The notes under the pieces are model-generated. The model saw only the letters and a program-made list of their open reading frames with translations, was not told the DNA's origin and did not search any database. Both the position numbers and the translations under genes were made by a program. A DNA stretch of 64,000 nt from Sedimentisphaerales bacterium (GTDB taxonomy: Bacteria; Planctomycetota; Phycisphaerae; Sedimentisphaerales; SM23-30): positions 224,001 to 288,000 of the forward strand of contig CAXXFK010000029.1 of assembly GCA_963663965.2 (NCBI GenBank), read 5' to 3'. Shown one piece after another: positions 1 to 11,343 of the stretch (its first letter is position 1; each line of letters starts with the position of its first letter).

Positions 1-1
1 C

Positions 2-589
2 CGTCGATTGGTGCGAATTGACGTGAATAACGGAGAACTCACCGTATTAGCCGATCAATATGCCCATAAAAAATTCAATAGTATTAATGACTTGTGGATC
101 GATTCACGGGGAGGTGTTTATTTTACTGATCCCCGATACGGGAACCGTGATGGTATGGAGCAGGATGGAGAACATGTTTATTATCTGAATCCAGACCGTA
201 AAAAAGTCATACGAGTGATCGATGATATGGTGGGTCCCAACGGAATCATGGGAGCACGCGATGGGAAATACTTATTTGTTGCAGATCAAAAAGATGGCAA
301 GACATATAAATATCGTGTGCTTTCCGATGGGAGTCTTACCGATAAGAAAATATTTGTGTCAGTTGGTTCGGATGGAGTGACAATGGATAAAAAAGGCAAT
401 CTTTATCTGACACATGATAAGGTGGTTGAAGTGTTTAATCAGGAGGGTGAGTCAATCGGTTCTATTGAGATACCGGAATCCCCAACCAATCTGTGTTTCG
501 GCGGACCGGGCCGTCAAACTTTATATATCACAGCCCGATCATCAGTATTTCGTATCAAGACCAATATGAATGGTGTCTATAGTAACTAG
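2..589 (+). CDS. SMP-30/gluconolactonase family protein (5'-truncated by window edge)
   Basis: Motifs NDLW..GGVYFTDP, PNGI, GSDGVTMD, PTNLCFGG of this beta-propeller family; frame is open to the window start. Confidence 0.9.
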   Translation, partial: RRLVRIDVNNGELTVLADQYAHKKFNSINDLWIDSRGGVYFTDPRYGNRDGMEQDGEHVYYLNPDRKKVIRVIDDMVGPNGIMGARDGKYLFVADQKDGKTYKYRVLSDGSLTDKKIFVSVGSDGVTMDKKGNLYLTHDKVVEVFNQEGESIGSIEIPESPTNLCFGGPGRQTLYITARSSVFRIKTNMNGVYSN

Positions 590-748
590 AGGGTGGGATG
601 TCATAAGGTTCTATATGGTAATTAGTTAAGTCTTTTTTGGTCTGATCAGGAATTGAGGCCGTCTTCTATTTGCCTATGGTTTGATTTTGATTTATAATAT
701 TAGTTTTGTGAATTTATAAAATAAGTTATCCCAGAGAGTGTACTGGAT

Positions 749-2518
749 TTGGTATCCGTGAAGATAATTGAACAACAAGATATTCGATCCCGTTTCAAAA
801 AGTCAGCCGTAGTAAGAAGTGTTACGGCGCTGGCGACGCTGGGTGTATTGGTATTGGAGTTTGGATTCGAGCAGCTCTATCTGCCCCAGTGGCTGTTTAA
901 TTTTCTGGAGATTCTGGGAGGGCTGGTTTATCTAGGCGCTAATTTGTATAACTGGATGGTTGAAGAACCCCACGAGTTCAATTGGCGAAAACCGCTACTG
1001 GATATCAGTCTGTTAGCGATTATGTTTTTCAGTTTTCTGTTTGTTCCGGCTATCCAATCGAATTTACCCGTTCACTATATCGACTGGCGGATTTATAAGA
1101 TTTACCTTTTTGCCGTCATGCTGTTTTATATGGCGCGCCTGAGTGTGACCGCCGCGGCAAGTGGACGGGCGCCGACACGGGCACTGTTGGCGAGTTTTTT
1201 AGTAATTATCGTTACCGGATCATTGTTGTTGATGTTACCAGCGGCGTCGACGGGGGAGCCTCTGAGTTTCACTGACGCCTTTTTTACTTCCACCAGCGCC
1301 ACCTGTGTGACGGGATTAGTTGTCAAAGATACCGGATTGGATTTTACGCGCTTTGGCCAAATTGTGATCTTGATATTGATTCAGGTTGGTGGATTGGGGA
1401 TCATGATTTTCGGCGCGGTTTTCGCGTTACTGATGGGGAGTCGGCTAACATTACGGGAATCGGTTGCGATCCGGGATATCATGAATGAACAGGCCCATGG
1501 CCAGATCGGGCGAATTACCGTATTCATTTGTATTTCAACGCTTCTCCTGGAAGCCATAGGCGCTTCAGGATTATACGGAATCTGGCAAACCAGTGATGCC
1601 ACGGGCGGCCAGCTTTTCCAAAGTATATTTCATTCGATCAGTGCTTTCTGTAACGCAGGATTTGCCCTGCAGGGGGATAGTCTGTCGAAATACCGGTCTC
1701 ACTGGCAGATCTATCTATTTGTGTGTCCTTTGATTATACTCGGAGGGTTGGGATTTCCCGTATTAAGCAATTTGTGGCAGATTTTACGAGATAGAATTCG
1801 TCGCATGAGGAAAAAACGCAAGGTTGCTCCGGTTCGCTTAAGCTTACATAGTCGTCTGGTGTTGATATCCAGTTTGTTTTTGCTGGTTTTTGGATGGGAA
1901 GTATTCGTGATATTGGAGAAGGTGCGGCCGGTTCCTCCCGATGGCATTGTACCGAACATTACGTATCTTGACAGCCTGTTCAACTCGATTACCGCGCGAA
2001 CGGCCGGATTCAATACCGTAAATATTGCCGATCTGAGTGCGGGGTCCAAGCTGGTATTGATGTTTTTGATGAGTATCGGAGGTTCCCCCAGTTCGACTGC
2101 CGGTGGAATTAAAACGATCGCCTTTGCCGTGATGGTTCTGTCCGTTTTTTCGACGATCTCAGGGCGGCAAAAAGTCCATGTATTTCGACGGGCTATCCCG
2201 GTGATGGTAATCCGGCGCTCAGCAACCATTTTTATGTTATACGGTATGTTAATTTGGGGGATTACCCTGTTATTAACCGTTACGCGCCAGAGTTATAGTT
2301 TCAGTCTGATCGATTTAATATTCGAAACGTGCTCAGCGCTCGGGACGGTTGGTTTGTCAACCGGATTGACTCCGGATCTGCCAATTGCCGGAAAATGGAT
2401 TATCATCATGGCAATGGTGGTCGGACGATTAGGACCGGTTAGTTTATTGGCAGCGTTGACCTTGCATGGAGAACGTGAGGACTATGACTATCCTATGGAA
2501 CCGCTGGTTGTCGGATAA
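749..2518 (+). CDS. ktrB: Trk/Ktr potassium uptake membrane subunit (TrkH/KtrB) with extra N-terminal transmembrane region
   Basis: Four pore-loop motifs (SATCVTGL, SAFCNAGF, TARTAGF, SALGTVGL), GGSPSSTAGGIK, GRLGP; start codon uncertain. Confidence 0.9.
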   Translation: MVSVKIIEQQDIRSRFKKSAVVRSVTALATLGVLVLEFGFEQLYLPQWLFNFLEILGGLVYLGANLYNWMVEEPHEFNWRKPLLDISLLAIMFFSFLFVPAIQSNLPVHYIDWRIYKIYLFAVMLFYMARLSVTAAASGRAPTRALLASFLVIIVTGSLLLMLPAASTGEPLSFTDAFFTSTSATCVTGLVVKDTGLDFTRFGQIVILILIQVGGLGIMIFGAVFALLMGSRLTLRESVAIRDIMNEQAHGQIGRITVFICISTLLLEAIGASGLYGIWQTSDATGGQLFQSIFHSISAFCNAGFALQGDSLSKYRSHWQIYLFVCPLIILGGLGFPVLSNLWQILRDRIRRMRKKRKVAPVRLSLHSRLVLISSLFLLVFGWEVFVILEKVRPVPPDGIVPNITYLDSLFNSITARTAGFNTVNIADLSAGSKLVLMFLMSIGGSPSSTAGGIKTIAFAVMVLSVFSTISGRQKVHVFRRAIPVMVIRRSATIFMLYGMLIWGITLLLTVTRQSYSFSLIDLIFETCSALGTVGLSTGLTPDLPIAGKWIIIMAMVVGRLGPVSLLAALTLHGEREDYDYPMEPLVVG

Positions 2519-2608
2519 TATAGGATCAACTGGAGAAGTTAATACCGTAGCCCAAAGATATTAACAATCTGACAAATAGATTGATATAACTTGACAGGAG
2601 TTCAACTC

Positions 2609-3283
2609 ATGCAGCGATTTGCAGTAATTGGATTAGGACGTTTTGGCGCTCAACTGGCCCGGTCGTTGACCGCTTCAGGCGCGGAAGTTATTGCCATTGA
2701 TAAAGACCGGCGCATTATTGATGAGATCAGTGACAGCGTGACGTATGCTGTCCGTCTTGACAGTACCAATGAAGAAGCGCTCCGGGCGCAGGGAGTCGAT
2801 AAGGTTAATGTTGCAATCGTGGGTATCGGGCAGGATTTCGAATCAAGTATTTTAACGACGGTTATTTTAAAAGGAATGAAAGTGACCCGGATCTGCTGCC
2901 GGGCAGAAAAACAGATACATGGTCGAATATTGCGACGAGTGGGCGCCGATGAAATTATTTTACCTGAGGAAGAAAGCGCACAGCGCTGGTCATTTAAGCT
3001 CATGGCGCCGAGGATAGGTGAAAAGCTGGAATTTGCACCGGGTTTCAGTTTTGCTAGATATAATGCGCCGGCCAGCTTTCATAATAAAACAATACTGGAA
3101 TTGAACCTGCGTAAGAAGTATAATGTCAACTTGATTGGGTTGCACAGGGCGGCCCAGCCGGATGAGGCTGAAATATCCGGTCAGATTATCAATGTGCCCT
3201 TGCCTGAGACGATTATCCATAAAGGGGATGTTTTGTGGCTGGTGGGTTCTGATGACAACCTGGCCTCGATGCCGGATGAATAA
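2609..3283 (+). CDS. ktrA: Trk/Ktr potassium uptake regulatory subunit (RCK_N + RCK_C)
   Basis: FAVIGLGRFG Rossmann motif; AGGAG RBS before ATG 2609; adjacent to ktrB. Confidence 0.9.
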   Translation: MQRFAVIGLGRFGAQLARSLTASGAEVIAIDKDRRIIDEISDSVTYAVRLDSTNEEALRAQGVDKVNVAIVGIGQDFESSILTTVILKGMKVTRICCRAEKQIHGRILRRVGADEIILPEEESAQRWSFKLMAPRIGEKLEFAPGFSFARYNAPASFHNKTILELNLRKKYNVNLIGLHRAAQPDEAEISGQIINVPLPETIIHKGDVLWLVGSDDNLASMPDE

Positions 3284-3374
3284 ATGGGATTTGAAATAAA
3301 GAGATATTCGTTTGTAAGCGAAAATGATTTTATGGTGTACGGTATGAAAAGGCCGTAATTGAAAGGAGTATATT

Positions 3375-4103
3375 ATGATTCGTACTGCTAATCCGACTTT
3401 GAATGATCAGGTTTTTACCCAATTCGATATTGCCGAAAACCGGATGACAATCCAGGGAACGGTTAATCGAACCGGAATTTTGCTGGCTTTATTGATCTTG
3501 AGCGCCAGTTTTACCTGGAAGATGGTGGGTGACCAGGCCAATTTCCAACCGTGGCTGGTGGGAGGTATGATCGGTGGGTTGGTGATGGCTATGCTTACGG
3601 TTTTCAAAAAAGCCTGGGCTCCGGTCACTGCCCCTATATACGCTTTGTTGGAAGGTTTATTTCTGGGCGCTATTTCTGCATTATTCGAAGCCCAATACCA
3701 AGGAATTGTATTCCAGGCAATTACACTGACGTTTGGAACCCTGGCCGGATTATTGATCGCCTATACCTCGCGTCTGATCAAGCCCAGTGAGAATTTCAAA
3801 TTGGGCGTTGTTGCCGCGACGGGCGGGATCTTTTTTGTTTATTTGATTTCGTGGATCATGAATCTGTTTGGCGCGAATATGCCTTTTATCCATAGCAGCG
3901 GTACCATTGGTATCGTGTTCAGCCTGTTTGTGGTTGTGGTAGCGGCGCTCAATCTGGTGCTTGATTTTGATTTCATCGAGCAAGGGGTCGAATATGGAGC
4001 GCCCAAGTATATGGAATGGTATGGCGCCTTTGGCCTGATGGTGACATTGATCTGGCTGTATATCGAGATTTTGCGGTTGCTGGCAAAATTGCGCCGGAGA
4101 TAA
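3375..4103 (+). CDS. Bax inhibitor-1/YccA family membrane protein
   Basis: Multi-TM protein with LVLDFDFIE..GAPKYMEWYGAFGLMVTLIWLYIEILRLL; GAAAGGAG RBS. Confidence 0.9.
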   Translation: MIRTANPTLNDQVFTQFDIAENRMTIQGTVNRTGILLALLILSASFTWKMVGDQANFQPWLVGGMIGGLVMAMLTVFKKAWAPVTAPIYALLEGLFLGAISALFEAQYQGIVFQAITLTFGTLAGLLIAYTSRLIKPSENFKLGVVAATGGIFFVYLISWIMNLFGANMPFIHSSGTIGIVFSLFVVVVAALNLVLDFDFIEQGVEYGAPKYMEWYGAFGLMVTLIWLYIEILRLLAKLRRR

Positions 4104-4144
4104 TGAAGCGAGCGTTAAGAGTAGCTAATTCTGGCGAAACCAGA

Positions 4145-7100
4145 TTAATTGGTATTTAACTTTTTCGCTCCTTTATTAAGAAAGTTCCTTAAACAAGCCA
4201 GTAACGTTCTGGGTGTTTCAAAATAACGTTGCCCCAGACGCAAATGGATTGTTTGGGTATCTGGTATTCGTACTGAGCCTGGAGCATCTTGGAAGAGATT
4301 GCCCACGTGCGCATCTTTTTTAATGTTAAAGATCAAATCGGGGATTTTCTGGACGATACTGCGAATGTGGAGAAAAGAAGCGAGAACGCGAATCTCCGCC
4401 AGATCGAGCAGGTCTTGAACCGCCTGAGGAGGGCGCCCAAATTGATCGTTCAAGTCACTTTCAAGCAGGTCAAGGTCTGTCCGGTTACGACAGGTAGCCA
4501 GGCGTCGATAAGTCTCCATGCGTTGTCGGTCTGAGGCGATATAGGACCGAGGGATATGATTGTCGATATTCAGTTCAAGATGAGTAATGATGGGGATAGG
4601 GACGGATTCCCCTTTAAGGCGGTGTACGGCGTTTTGCAGCAAACGGCAATACAATTCGTAGCCAACGGCATCGATATGGCCGGATTGTTCGATGCCCAGG
4701 ATATTGCCGGCCCCACGGATTTCCAGGTCTCTCAAGGCGATGCGAAAACCGCTGCCCAACTGGGAATATTCTTCAATGGCTTTCAGGCGTTTGACCGCAT
4801 TGGGATTAATCTTACGGGTACGCGGTAAGAGCATGTAGGCATAGGCGCGATTCTTATAGCGGCCGACTCTGCCGCGCAACTGATGTAATTCAGCCAAACC
4901 GAAACGGTCGGCATCATTGATGATGATGGTGTTGGCGGAGGGGATATCCAGGCCGGATTCGATGATGGTCGTACTGACTAGTATATCTGCTTTATGTTTC
5001 ACAAAATCGACCATTCGTTTTTCGAGATCCCGTTTGCTCATCTGGCCGTGAGCAACAATGATCCTGGCGTCGGGGATCAGGCCGGCAATGACATCGGCCA
5101 TGGACTGGATAGACTGAACACGGTTATGCAGAAAAAAAACCTGGCCATCGCGAGCCAGTTCCCGGTTGATAGCCTGGGCAATCAGGATGTCATCGTAGGG
5201 TACGACCTGCGTTACAATACTGCGCCGGTCTAATGGCGGCGTGGTCAGGGATGAGATGTCACGGATTCCCATTAAAGCCATATGCATGGAACGGGGCAGG
5301 GGTGTTGCGGTTAGTGTCAGAATATCTACAGTGGCGCGAAGTTGTTTCAGACGTTCTTTGTGTTCGACTCCGAAACGTTGTTCTTCGTCAATAATAACCA
5401 GGCCAAGATCTTTAAACCGGATATCTTTACTTAAAATACGATGAGTTCCGATCAGGATATCTATCTGCCCAAGGGAGAGTTTTCGGACAATTTCAGAGGC
5501 CTGGGCAGCCGTGCGGAATCGGCTGAGCATTTCGACATGGAAGGGGAAATCTGCCATACGATCATGAAACGTCTGGTAATGCTGAGCCGCCAGAACCGTC
5601 GTCGGGACCAATACCGCTACTTGTTTACCCTGTTCGGCGGCTTTGAAGGCGGCGCGCATTGCCAGTTCGGTTTTGCCGTAACCTACATCTCCGCAAAGCA
5701 GGCGGTCCATGGGACGGCTGTTTTGCATGTCTCGTTTGATTTCTGAGATAACGGCCAATTGATCTGGGGTTTCCTGATAAGGGAAGGCATCTTCGAATTC
5801 TTTGACCCAGGAGGTATCGGGCGGATAGCAGATACCAGGTGTTGCCTGACGTTTGGCCTGGATATCAATCAGGCGAGCCGCCATATCTTCAACCGCTTCA
5901 TTGGTTTTGTTTTTTTGTTTTTCCCAGGACCGGCTACCCAGTTTAGACAGTTTGGTCTGTCCTGGCGTTGATCCAACGTATTTATGAATGAGGTCGATTT
6001 TACTGGCCGGCACATGCATTAACGCGCCATCGGCATATTCCAGAGTGAGGTATTCTTCATTCCGGCCGTCTTTGTTCATGATCTTGAGGCCGCGGAACTG
6101 GCCAATTCCGTGATTGATATGGACAATCAGGTCACCAGGTTCCAGGTCAGTAAAGGATTCAATCGCCTGCACATGACGGATACCTCGAATTCGCCGGCTG
6201 ATCTGCTGCTGGCCGAAGAGTTCATGATGAGTGGTTACTGTAAGATTCAGTTGGGGCAGGGCAAAGCCGCGATGGAGCAAGCCGACGGGCAGAAACAGGT
6301 TATCCGGGACAGCCTGTTCGTTTTCACGCGCGAATGACTGGATGATTTCGATACAGCGTTGACGATGAGCGGGTTGTTCGCAGAAGAAGTAAACTTTATG
6401 ATCTTGCTTACGGCTTAACATAACCAGATCATCAAGCGCTTCAACGGATCGGGCGGCATAATCCTGAACGGAACCAGCATGTAAATTGATCGATCGGATA
6501 CCAGGATCACATTGAAACCGATTGATATAAAGCGTATCAAAGCGATTCAGTTTTTTGAGCACCTCTTCGACGGAATAGGTCATATCCGGATTGGTAAGAC
6601 GGGCTCTAATTAAACGGCCTGTTTCCTGGATTTCGATCGCTTCTTCCAGGATGACCAGCGTTTTGTCTGGCAAGTAATGGGTGAAATCTGTTTGTTCATC
6701 CGGCATGGAACCACGCTGACAGGGAGCCAGTGAAACCGTATCCGTTGAACGGATTGAGCGGCGAGAATCGAGGTCGAAATATCGTAATGATTCAATTTCA
6801 TCGCCGAAGAATTCGATACGTACCGGGTGGCTGAATGCGGGTGGAAAGATATCGACAATACCGCCACGGCAGGCAAATTCACCAACCCGATCAATTTCTT
6901 CCGTACGGTCAAAACCGTGACGATCCAACCAGTCCAGGAGAGAATCCAGTGTCAAGGCGTCATTATTACCGATACGGAGGATTAAAGAATGGCATTCCAT
7001 ATAGGCAGGAGCGGGGACCGGTTGCATCAGGGCGCTGATCGAAGCAACCAGTATCGGCATGCTATTGCCGCAATAGTTTAAGAGCGACTGGCAAATCCGC

Positions 7101-7453
7101 AATCTTTCGCAGGCAATATCTGAGGTTGGATCGATCCGCCCGGAAGTCGATTCGCCGGCCGGTAATAGTTCAACTGAATGTCCGGAACAGGTTTCCAGGT
7201 CATCTTGAGCGTTATCCGCCTCCGGGATATGGGCTGTTACGTATAGGACCGGGCGTAATAGAGTTTCGCTTATGATGGATGCCAATAGCCGCCCAAGGGA
7301 GCCCCAGTTCCCGTAAAATTCATAAAGGAAGGGACGGCCGGGGGTAGAGATGGAACCGGACAGATCCCTGGCAAGGAGCGATATTGCCTGGCCCAGTTCT
7401 GTGCCGTGAGGTTCAAGCAGTAAGTTTTTGATCTGATTAAGAGAGTCGGACAT
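4145..7453 (-). CDS. mfd: Transcription-repair coupling factor
   Basis: UvrB-homology region (GEFACRGGIVDIF), CarD-like domain (VHINHGIG), CGDVGYGKTE, DEEQRFGV, QLRGRVGR, RDLEIRGAGN. Confidence 0.97.
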   Translation of the reverse strand: MSDSLNQIKNLLLEPHGTELGQAISLLARDLSGSISTPGRPFLYEFYGNWGSLGRLLASIISETLLRPVLYVTAHIPEADNAQDDLETCSGHSVELLPAGESTSGRIDPTSDIACERLRICQSLLNYCGNSMPILVASISALMQPVPAPAYMECHSLILRIGNNDALTLDSLLDWLDRHGFDRTEEIDRVGEFACRGGIVDIFPPAFSHPVRIEFFGDEIESLRYFDLDSRRSIRSTDTVSLAPCQRGSMPDEQTDFTHYLPDKTLVILEEAIEIQETGRLIRARLTNPDMTYSVEEVLKKLNRFDTLYINRFQCDPGIRSINLHAGSVQDYAARSVEALDDLVMLSRKQDHKVYFFCEQPAHRQRCIEIIQSFARENEQAVPDNLFLPVGLLHRGFALPQLNLTVTTHHELFGQQQISRRIRGIRHVQAIESFTDLEPGDLIVHINHGIGQFRGLKIMNKDGRNEEYLTLEYADGALMHVPASKIDLIHKYVGSTPGQTKLSKLGSRSWEKQKNKTNEAVEDMAARLIDIQAKRQATPGICYPPDTSWVKEFEDAFPYQETPDQLAVISEIKRDMQNSRPMDRLLCGDVGYGKTELAMRAAFKAAEQGKQVAVLVPTTVLAAQHYQTFHDRMADFPFHVEMLSRFRTAAQASEIVRKLSLGQIDILIGTHRILSKDIRFKDLGLVIIDEEQRFGVEHKERLKQLRATVDILTLTATPLPRSMHMALMGIRDISSLTTPPLDRRSIVTQVVPYDDILIAQAINRELARDGQVFFLHNRVQSIQSMADVIAGLIPDARIIVAHGQMSKRDLEKRMVDFVKHKADILVSTTIIESGLDIPSANTIIINDADRFGLAELHQLRGRVGRYKNRAYAYMLLPRTRKINPNAVKRLKAIEEYSQLGSGFRIALRDLEIRGAGNILGIEQSGHIDAVGYELYCRLLQNAVHRLKGESVPIPIITHLELNIDNHIPRSYIASDRQRMETYRRLATCRNRTDLDLLESDLNDQFGRPPQAVQDLLDLAEIRVLASFLHIRSIVQKIPDLIFNIKKDAHVGNLFQDAPGSVRIPDTQTIHLRLGQRYFETPRTLLACLRNFLNKGAKKLNTN

Positions 7454-7539
7454 GCCATTATCTTAATCAGATATTTATTAATATCAAGAGGATACTGGAG
7501 GTAGTGATTAGCGGCTATATTCTGAGAAGGTAGGGTGGC

Positions 7540-9828
7540 TCAGGTCAGATTTTTATACCAGACGTTCATCGATTCAATCTGACCGGATATATTGGTGTTA
7601 TTAATCAAACGCCCCCCAAAATGGTAGCCGGCCCGGGCAAAGGTGATATTCATACCTGGTGACGCAGCACGTGCGATGGTATAGGCCGTTTTGAAATCAC
7701 GCCGGAGAATGGCATCTTCCATGTATTCCAGTAACTGGATAGCCAGATTATTGCCGCGCATTTCCGGAAGGGTGGCAAAATCAGTCATTTCCGCGTTTTG
7801 AGCCTCAAGATCCATTTCGGCTGAAGACAAGGCCACCATCCGCCCCTGAATTTCGACACAGAAATAGTCAATATGATCATTCATCGTTTCAAGTAGATAA
7901 TCCGGTTCAGAGATGGGGAAGGGATAACTGGGAAATACTTCTTGATAAATATCAGCCATCTGGTTCACATCTCCGGGTCGGCAGGGACGGATAGTCATGT
8001 CATCCATTGGTGTCATTGTTGGCGATGTTGCCGACTTCTCAATGGTGATTCTTAACACTTCGTCAAGGTTTTTCCTGTTATCCAAATGAGCGCGGTCGGG
8101 ATCCAGATATTTAGCCAGGAACAAGGCGTCCTGATCACCATTATAAAAACCGGGCACTTGAGCTTCTTTAAAATAACCGAATTCTTGAAAGATCTCTTGT
8201 TGGTCAGCGGGAGCTTTGGCAAATATCTTACTGTATTCCTGTTGAAGGGCCAGTTCTTCCAGTTGAGGTATCAGGTTTTCGGGTTCTGCGTCTCCGATTT
8301 TCATCAGATAGATACGTTCATTCAGAGGTCCATGCTGAATCAAAGCGCCGTCAAGTGTTTCAATCGTATCGGTAGTCTGATGAATATTGACAGAAGCGAT
8401 TGTTTTATTGTCGGGAAAGAGAAGCGATAGAGGGAAAAAGAGAATACTGGAACAAAGAATGCCATATAACGTGAAGTCGAATCCCCAGTCATCTAAAAAT
8501 TGAGGCAGAGTCAGGATTTTTAACATCAGCAATAATGTCAGGATGCCACCGCCCATCATAGCGGCCAAGGCTCCGGTTGAACTGGAACGTTTCCAGAAAT
8601 AAGCTCCCAGAGTGGGTATGAAAAGGCCGGAAACCATAAAGGCGTAGGCGTAGAGAATGGCATCCAGCACCGCATTGAACTGAGCTGCCAGCAATACCGC
8701 CAAGGCACCAATGATAAAGGTTGCCAGCATGGACAGACGCATCAAATTCCTGGGCGAGATCGTACCCGGCCAGTAACGTTCAATCAGGTCATTGACGAAA
8801 TTGCCGGAAGCGGCCATCAGACAACTATCAGCTGTTGACATGATCGCAGAAAAATAAGACGCAATGACAATACCCGTTACGCCGACAGGGAGAAGGTCAC
8901 GGATCAACATAGGCATGGCCATTTCCGGATCGGCCTGCGGGAAAACTACCCGGGCACACATGCCCAGAAAAACACCAGTGAATGCCATAATTGGATATTC
9001 GAAAAACCCGGCGATATACCAGGCTTTCCTAGCCTGCTGAATGTTTTTGCAGGCATACATGCGCTGGTACAACGTCATCGCGATTAACCAAATGGGGATT
9101 ATCGTGATCATCCAATTGATGAATGTCACAATTGAGATATTTGTTATTGTGAAATATTGACCAGGTAATCCTGAACGAAGGGCCTGCCAGCCGCCAATTT
9201 TATAGAGCGTAAACGGGATTGTGATCAAGATAAGCCCGGCTAATAATATAATCCATTGAATCGTATCGGTATAAATAACGGCTTTGAGGCCACCAAATAC
9301 TGTGTACAGGATTGTGATTGCGGCAATTGTCAGGAGTGCGAATGTCACAGGATTCATTCCAAAAGGATTTGATTGCAGAATAGTGGCTGAGGCTAATTTA
9401 GCGCCGGCAAGCATCTGGGCGCCAGTAAAACCCAGATAGCCTATTCCAGAAATTAATGCTGCCACTAATGCCACCTTGTCATTATATCGGTAACGTAAAA
9501 AATCCGGATAGGTCATGAATTGGTGGTTGCCATCAAGGCTTTTGATGCGAGGGATAATAAAAACGGCACTTAACCAGGCCCCAATCAGGCCGGTAAACAG
9601 CAGCCAACTGCCAGAGAGTCCCATCAGGAATCCAACACCTCCCAGACCGATGGAAAAGCCACCTCCAACATCCGTTGCCACGATAGACAGGCCAACATGA
9701 GTGGCATCGATAGATCGGCTTCCTACATAGTAATCTTCCATTGTTTTGTTGCGGCGGAAATGATAAAAGCCGACTGCCAACACTCCCAGCATATAGATAC
9801 CAAAAATCAAATAGTCGATAATGTGCAT
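7540..9828 (-). CDS. Fusion: sodium:solute symporter (SSS, about aa 1-470) + beta-lysine N-acetyltransferase AblB-like GNAT (about aa 487-762)
   Basis: SSS motifs ([34 protein letters not shown]), then AblB-like sequence ([64 protein letters not shown]) in one uninterrupted frame. Confidence 0.88.
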   Translation of the reverse strand: MHIIDYLIFGIYMLGVLAVGFYHFRRNKTMEDYYVGSRSIDATHVGLSIVATDVGGGFSIGLGGVGFLMGLSGSWLLFTGLIGAWLSAVFIIPRIKSLDGNHQFMTYPDFLRYRYNDKVALVAALISGIGYLGFTGAQMLAGAKLASATILQSNPFGMNPVTFALLTIAAITILYTVFGGLKAVIYTDTIQWIILLAGLILITIPFTLYKIGGWQALRSGLPGQYFTITNISIVTFINWMITIIPIWLIAMTLYQRMYACKNIQQARKAWYIAGFFEYPIMAFTGVFLGMCARVVFPQADPEMAMPMLIRDLLPVGVTGIVIASYFSAIMSTADSCLMAASGNFVNDLIERYWPGTISPRNLMRLSMLATFIIGALAVLLAAQFNAVLDAILYAYAFMVSGLFIPTLGAYFWKRSSSTGALAAMMGGGILTLLLMLKILTLPQFLDDWGFDFTLYGILCSSILFFPLSLLFPDNKTIASVNIHQTTDTIETLDGALIQHGPLNERIYLMKIGDAEPENLIPQLEELALQQEYSKIFAKAPADQQEIFQEFGYFKEAQVPGFYNGDQDALFLAKYLDPDRAHLDNRKNLDEVLRITIEKSATSPTMTPMDDMTIRPCRPGDVNQMADIYQEVFPSYPFPISEPDYLLETMNDHIDYFCVEIQGRMVALSSAEMDLEAQNAEMTDFATLPEMRGNNLAIQLLEYMEDAILRRDFKTAYTIARAASPGMNITFARAGYHFGGRLINNTNISGQIESMNVWYKNLT

Positions 9829-9844
9829 GATAGATAACCTGTTT

Positions 9845-11158
9845 TTATTCTTCAGACTGCCTGCGACGGTAACGTTCGTTTGAGGCGGGAATCAATGAGA
9901 TTGTCTCGTCCGAGTCTGAGAGTAATTTTTCGATTCCCAGCGATTTCCATTCATCGGCGTCGTTTAAAGAAAGTTGCAGGTCGCATTCATCGCAACGCCG
10001 GTTACAGAAGACCGGTTCATAGGAATCCGGCTCTTTGTAGGCGGTAATGACGCCCTCGTAATTTCTTAATACCACTTTGTTGGTAGACCAAGAGATCAGA
10101 TAGTTGGGCATAACGGGAATTTTACCACCCCCGCCAGGGGCATCAATGACATAGGTGGGTACGCAAAATCCACTGGTATGGCCGATGAGGCTTTCGAGGA
10201 TCTCGATTCCTTTGCCGATCGGTGTCCGGAAATGGGACAAACCTTCTGAAAGGTCACATTGATAAAGATAATAAGGGCGGACACGGTTAATGGCCAGTTT
10301 ATGAACCAGCGCTTTCATGATGCGCGGACAGTCGTTAACCCCTGCTAATAAGACCGATTGATTGCCGAGAGGGATTCCGGCATCCGCGAGTTTGGCGAGT
10401 GATTGCCTGGCCGAGAGGCTTAATTCCCGGGGATGATTAAAATGGGTATTGATCCAAAGCGGGTGATATTTTTTTAGGATAGAAACAAGGTTATCTGTGA
10501 TACGATAGGGCAGGACGACAGGAGTCCGGGTGCCAATACGAATGATTTCAACATGGTCAATTGCCCGCAACTCACTCAGAATCCAGTCCAGTCTTTCATC
10601 AGACAGCAGAAAAGGATCGCCGCCACTTAACAGGACGTCGCGAATTCTGGAATTTTGACGGATATACTCAATCCCCTGAGATATCTGAGGCCGGCTGGGA
10701 ATAGAGTCTTCATTGCCGACCCGTCGTTTCCGGGTACAATGCCGACAGTACATCGAACACATATTACTGACTAACAATAAAACACGGTCAGGATAACGAT
10801 GAGTGACACCAGGCACAGGACTATCATGATCTTCGTGTAAAGGATCAGCCATATCAGAACAGGAAGTATGAAGTTCCAATGGAGAAGGAAAAGACTGCAA
10901 AAAAATCGGATCGTTTTTGAGATTGTCAACATCGATCAGTGACAGATAATAGGGAGTGATTGACATGGGAAATTTTGCAGATGTTTTGTGGAACGCCTCT
11001 TTTGTATCCATATCCAATTCAACATCAAGAAGATTTTGGAACATGTCAATATTACGTATACAGTGTTGCATTTGCCAATGCCAGTCTCGCCAATTGGAAC
11101 CGGTGACTGTTCCATCAATGGCATCGATTATACGTTTCTGTTTTGTATTCAATTTCAT
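9845..11158 (-). CDS. ablA: Lysine 2,3-aminomutase (radical SAM/PLP), AblA type
   Basis: [16 protein letters not shown] (CxxxCxxC), [17 protein letters not shown] lysine, RNYEG, C-terminal CxxxCxxC; directly upstream of an ablB domain. Confidence 0.95.
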   Translation of the reverse strand: MKLNTKQKRIIDAIDGTVTGSNWRDWHWQMQHCIRNIDMFQNLLDVELDMDTKEAFHKTSAKFPMSITPYYLSLIDVDNLKNDPIFLQSFPSPLELHTSCSDMADPLHEDHDSPVPGVTHRYPDRVLLLVSNMCSMYCRHCTRKRRVGNEDSIPSRPQISQGIEYIRQNSRIRDVLLSGGDPFLLSDERLDWILSELRAIDHVEIIRIGTRTPVVLPYRITDNLVSILKKYHPLWINTHFNHPRELSLSARQSLAKLADAGIPLGNQSVLLAGVNDCPRIMKALVHKLAINRVRPYYLYQCDLSEGLSHFRTPIGKGIEILESLIGHTSGFCVPTYVIDAPGGGGKIPVMPNYLISWSTNKVVLRNYEGVITAYKEPDSYEPVFCNRRCDECDLQLSLNDADEWKSLGIEKLLSDSDETISLIPASNERYRRRQSEE

Positions 11159-11315
11159 AATGAAAATCCTTTATTTAAATTCAAATCTTAGGGGATTAAT
11201 ACCTTGTAAGAAGTGATGTATTAGCGTGGGCAGCCCAGGAAGATTGGCGATTAAAATAAGATTGATATACCGATCGTAACAAACTTGAAAAGCAACAAAA
11301 AAACATAAGAGCTGA

Positions 11316-11343
11316 ATTATAGCAGAAATAAAAGAAAATGCAA
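11316..11343 (-). promoter_or_regulatory. Putative sigma70 promoter of the ablA operon
   Basis: Minus strand TTGCAT-N16-TATAAT with extended -10 TGCTATAAT, about 160 nt upstream of the ablA ATG. Confidence 0.55.

Noticed and set aside
9845..11158. Lysine fermentation KamA or EF-P modification EpmB
   Set aside because: The adjacent AblB domain and absence of kamDE or efp/epmA point to the osmolyte pathway
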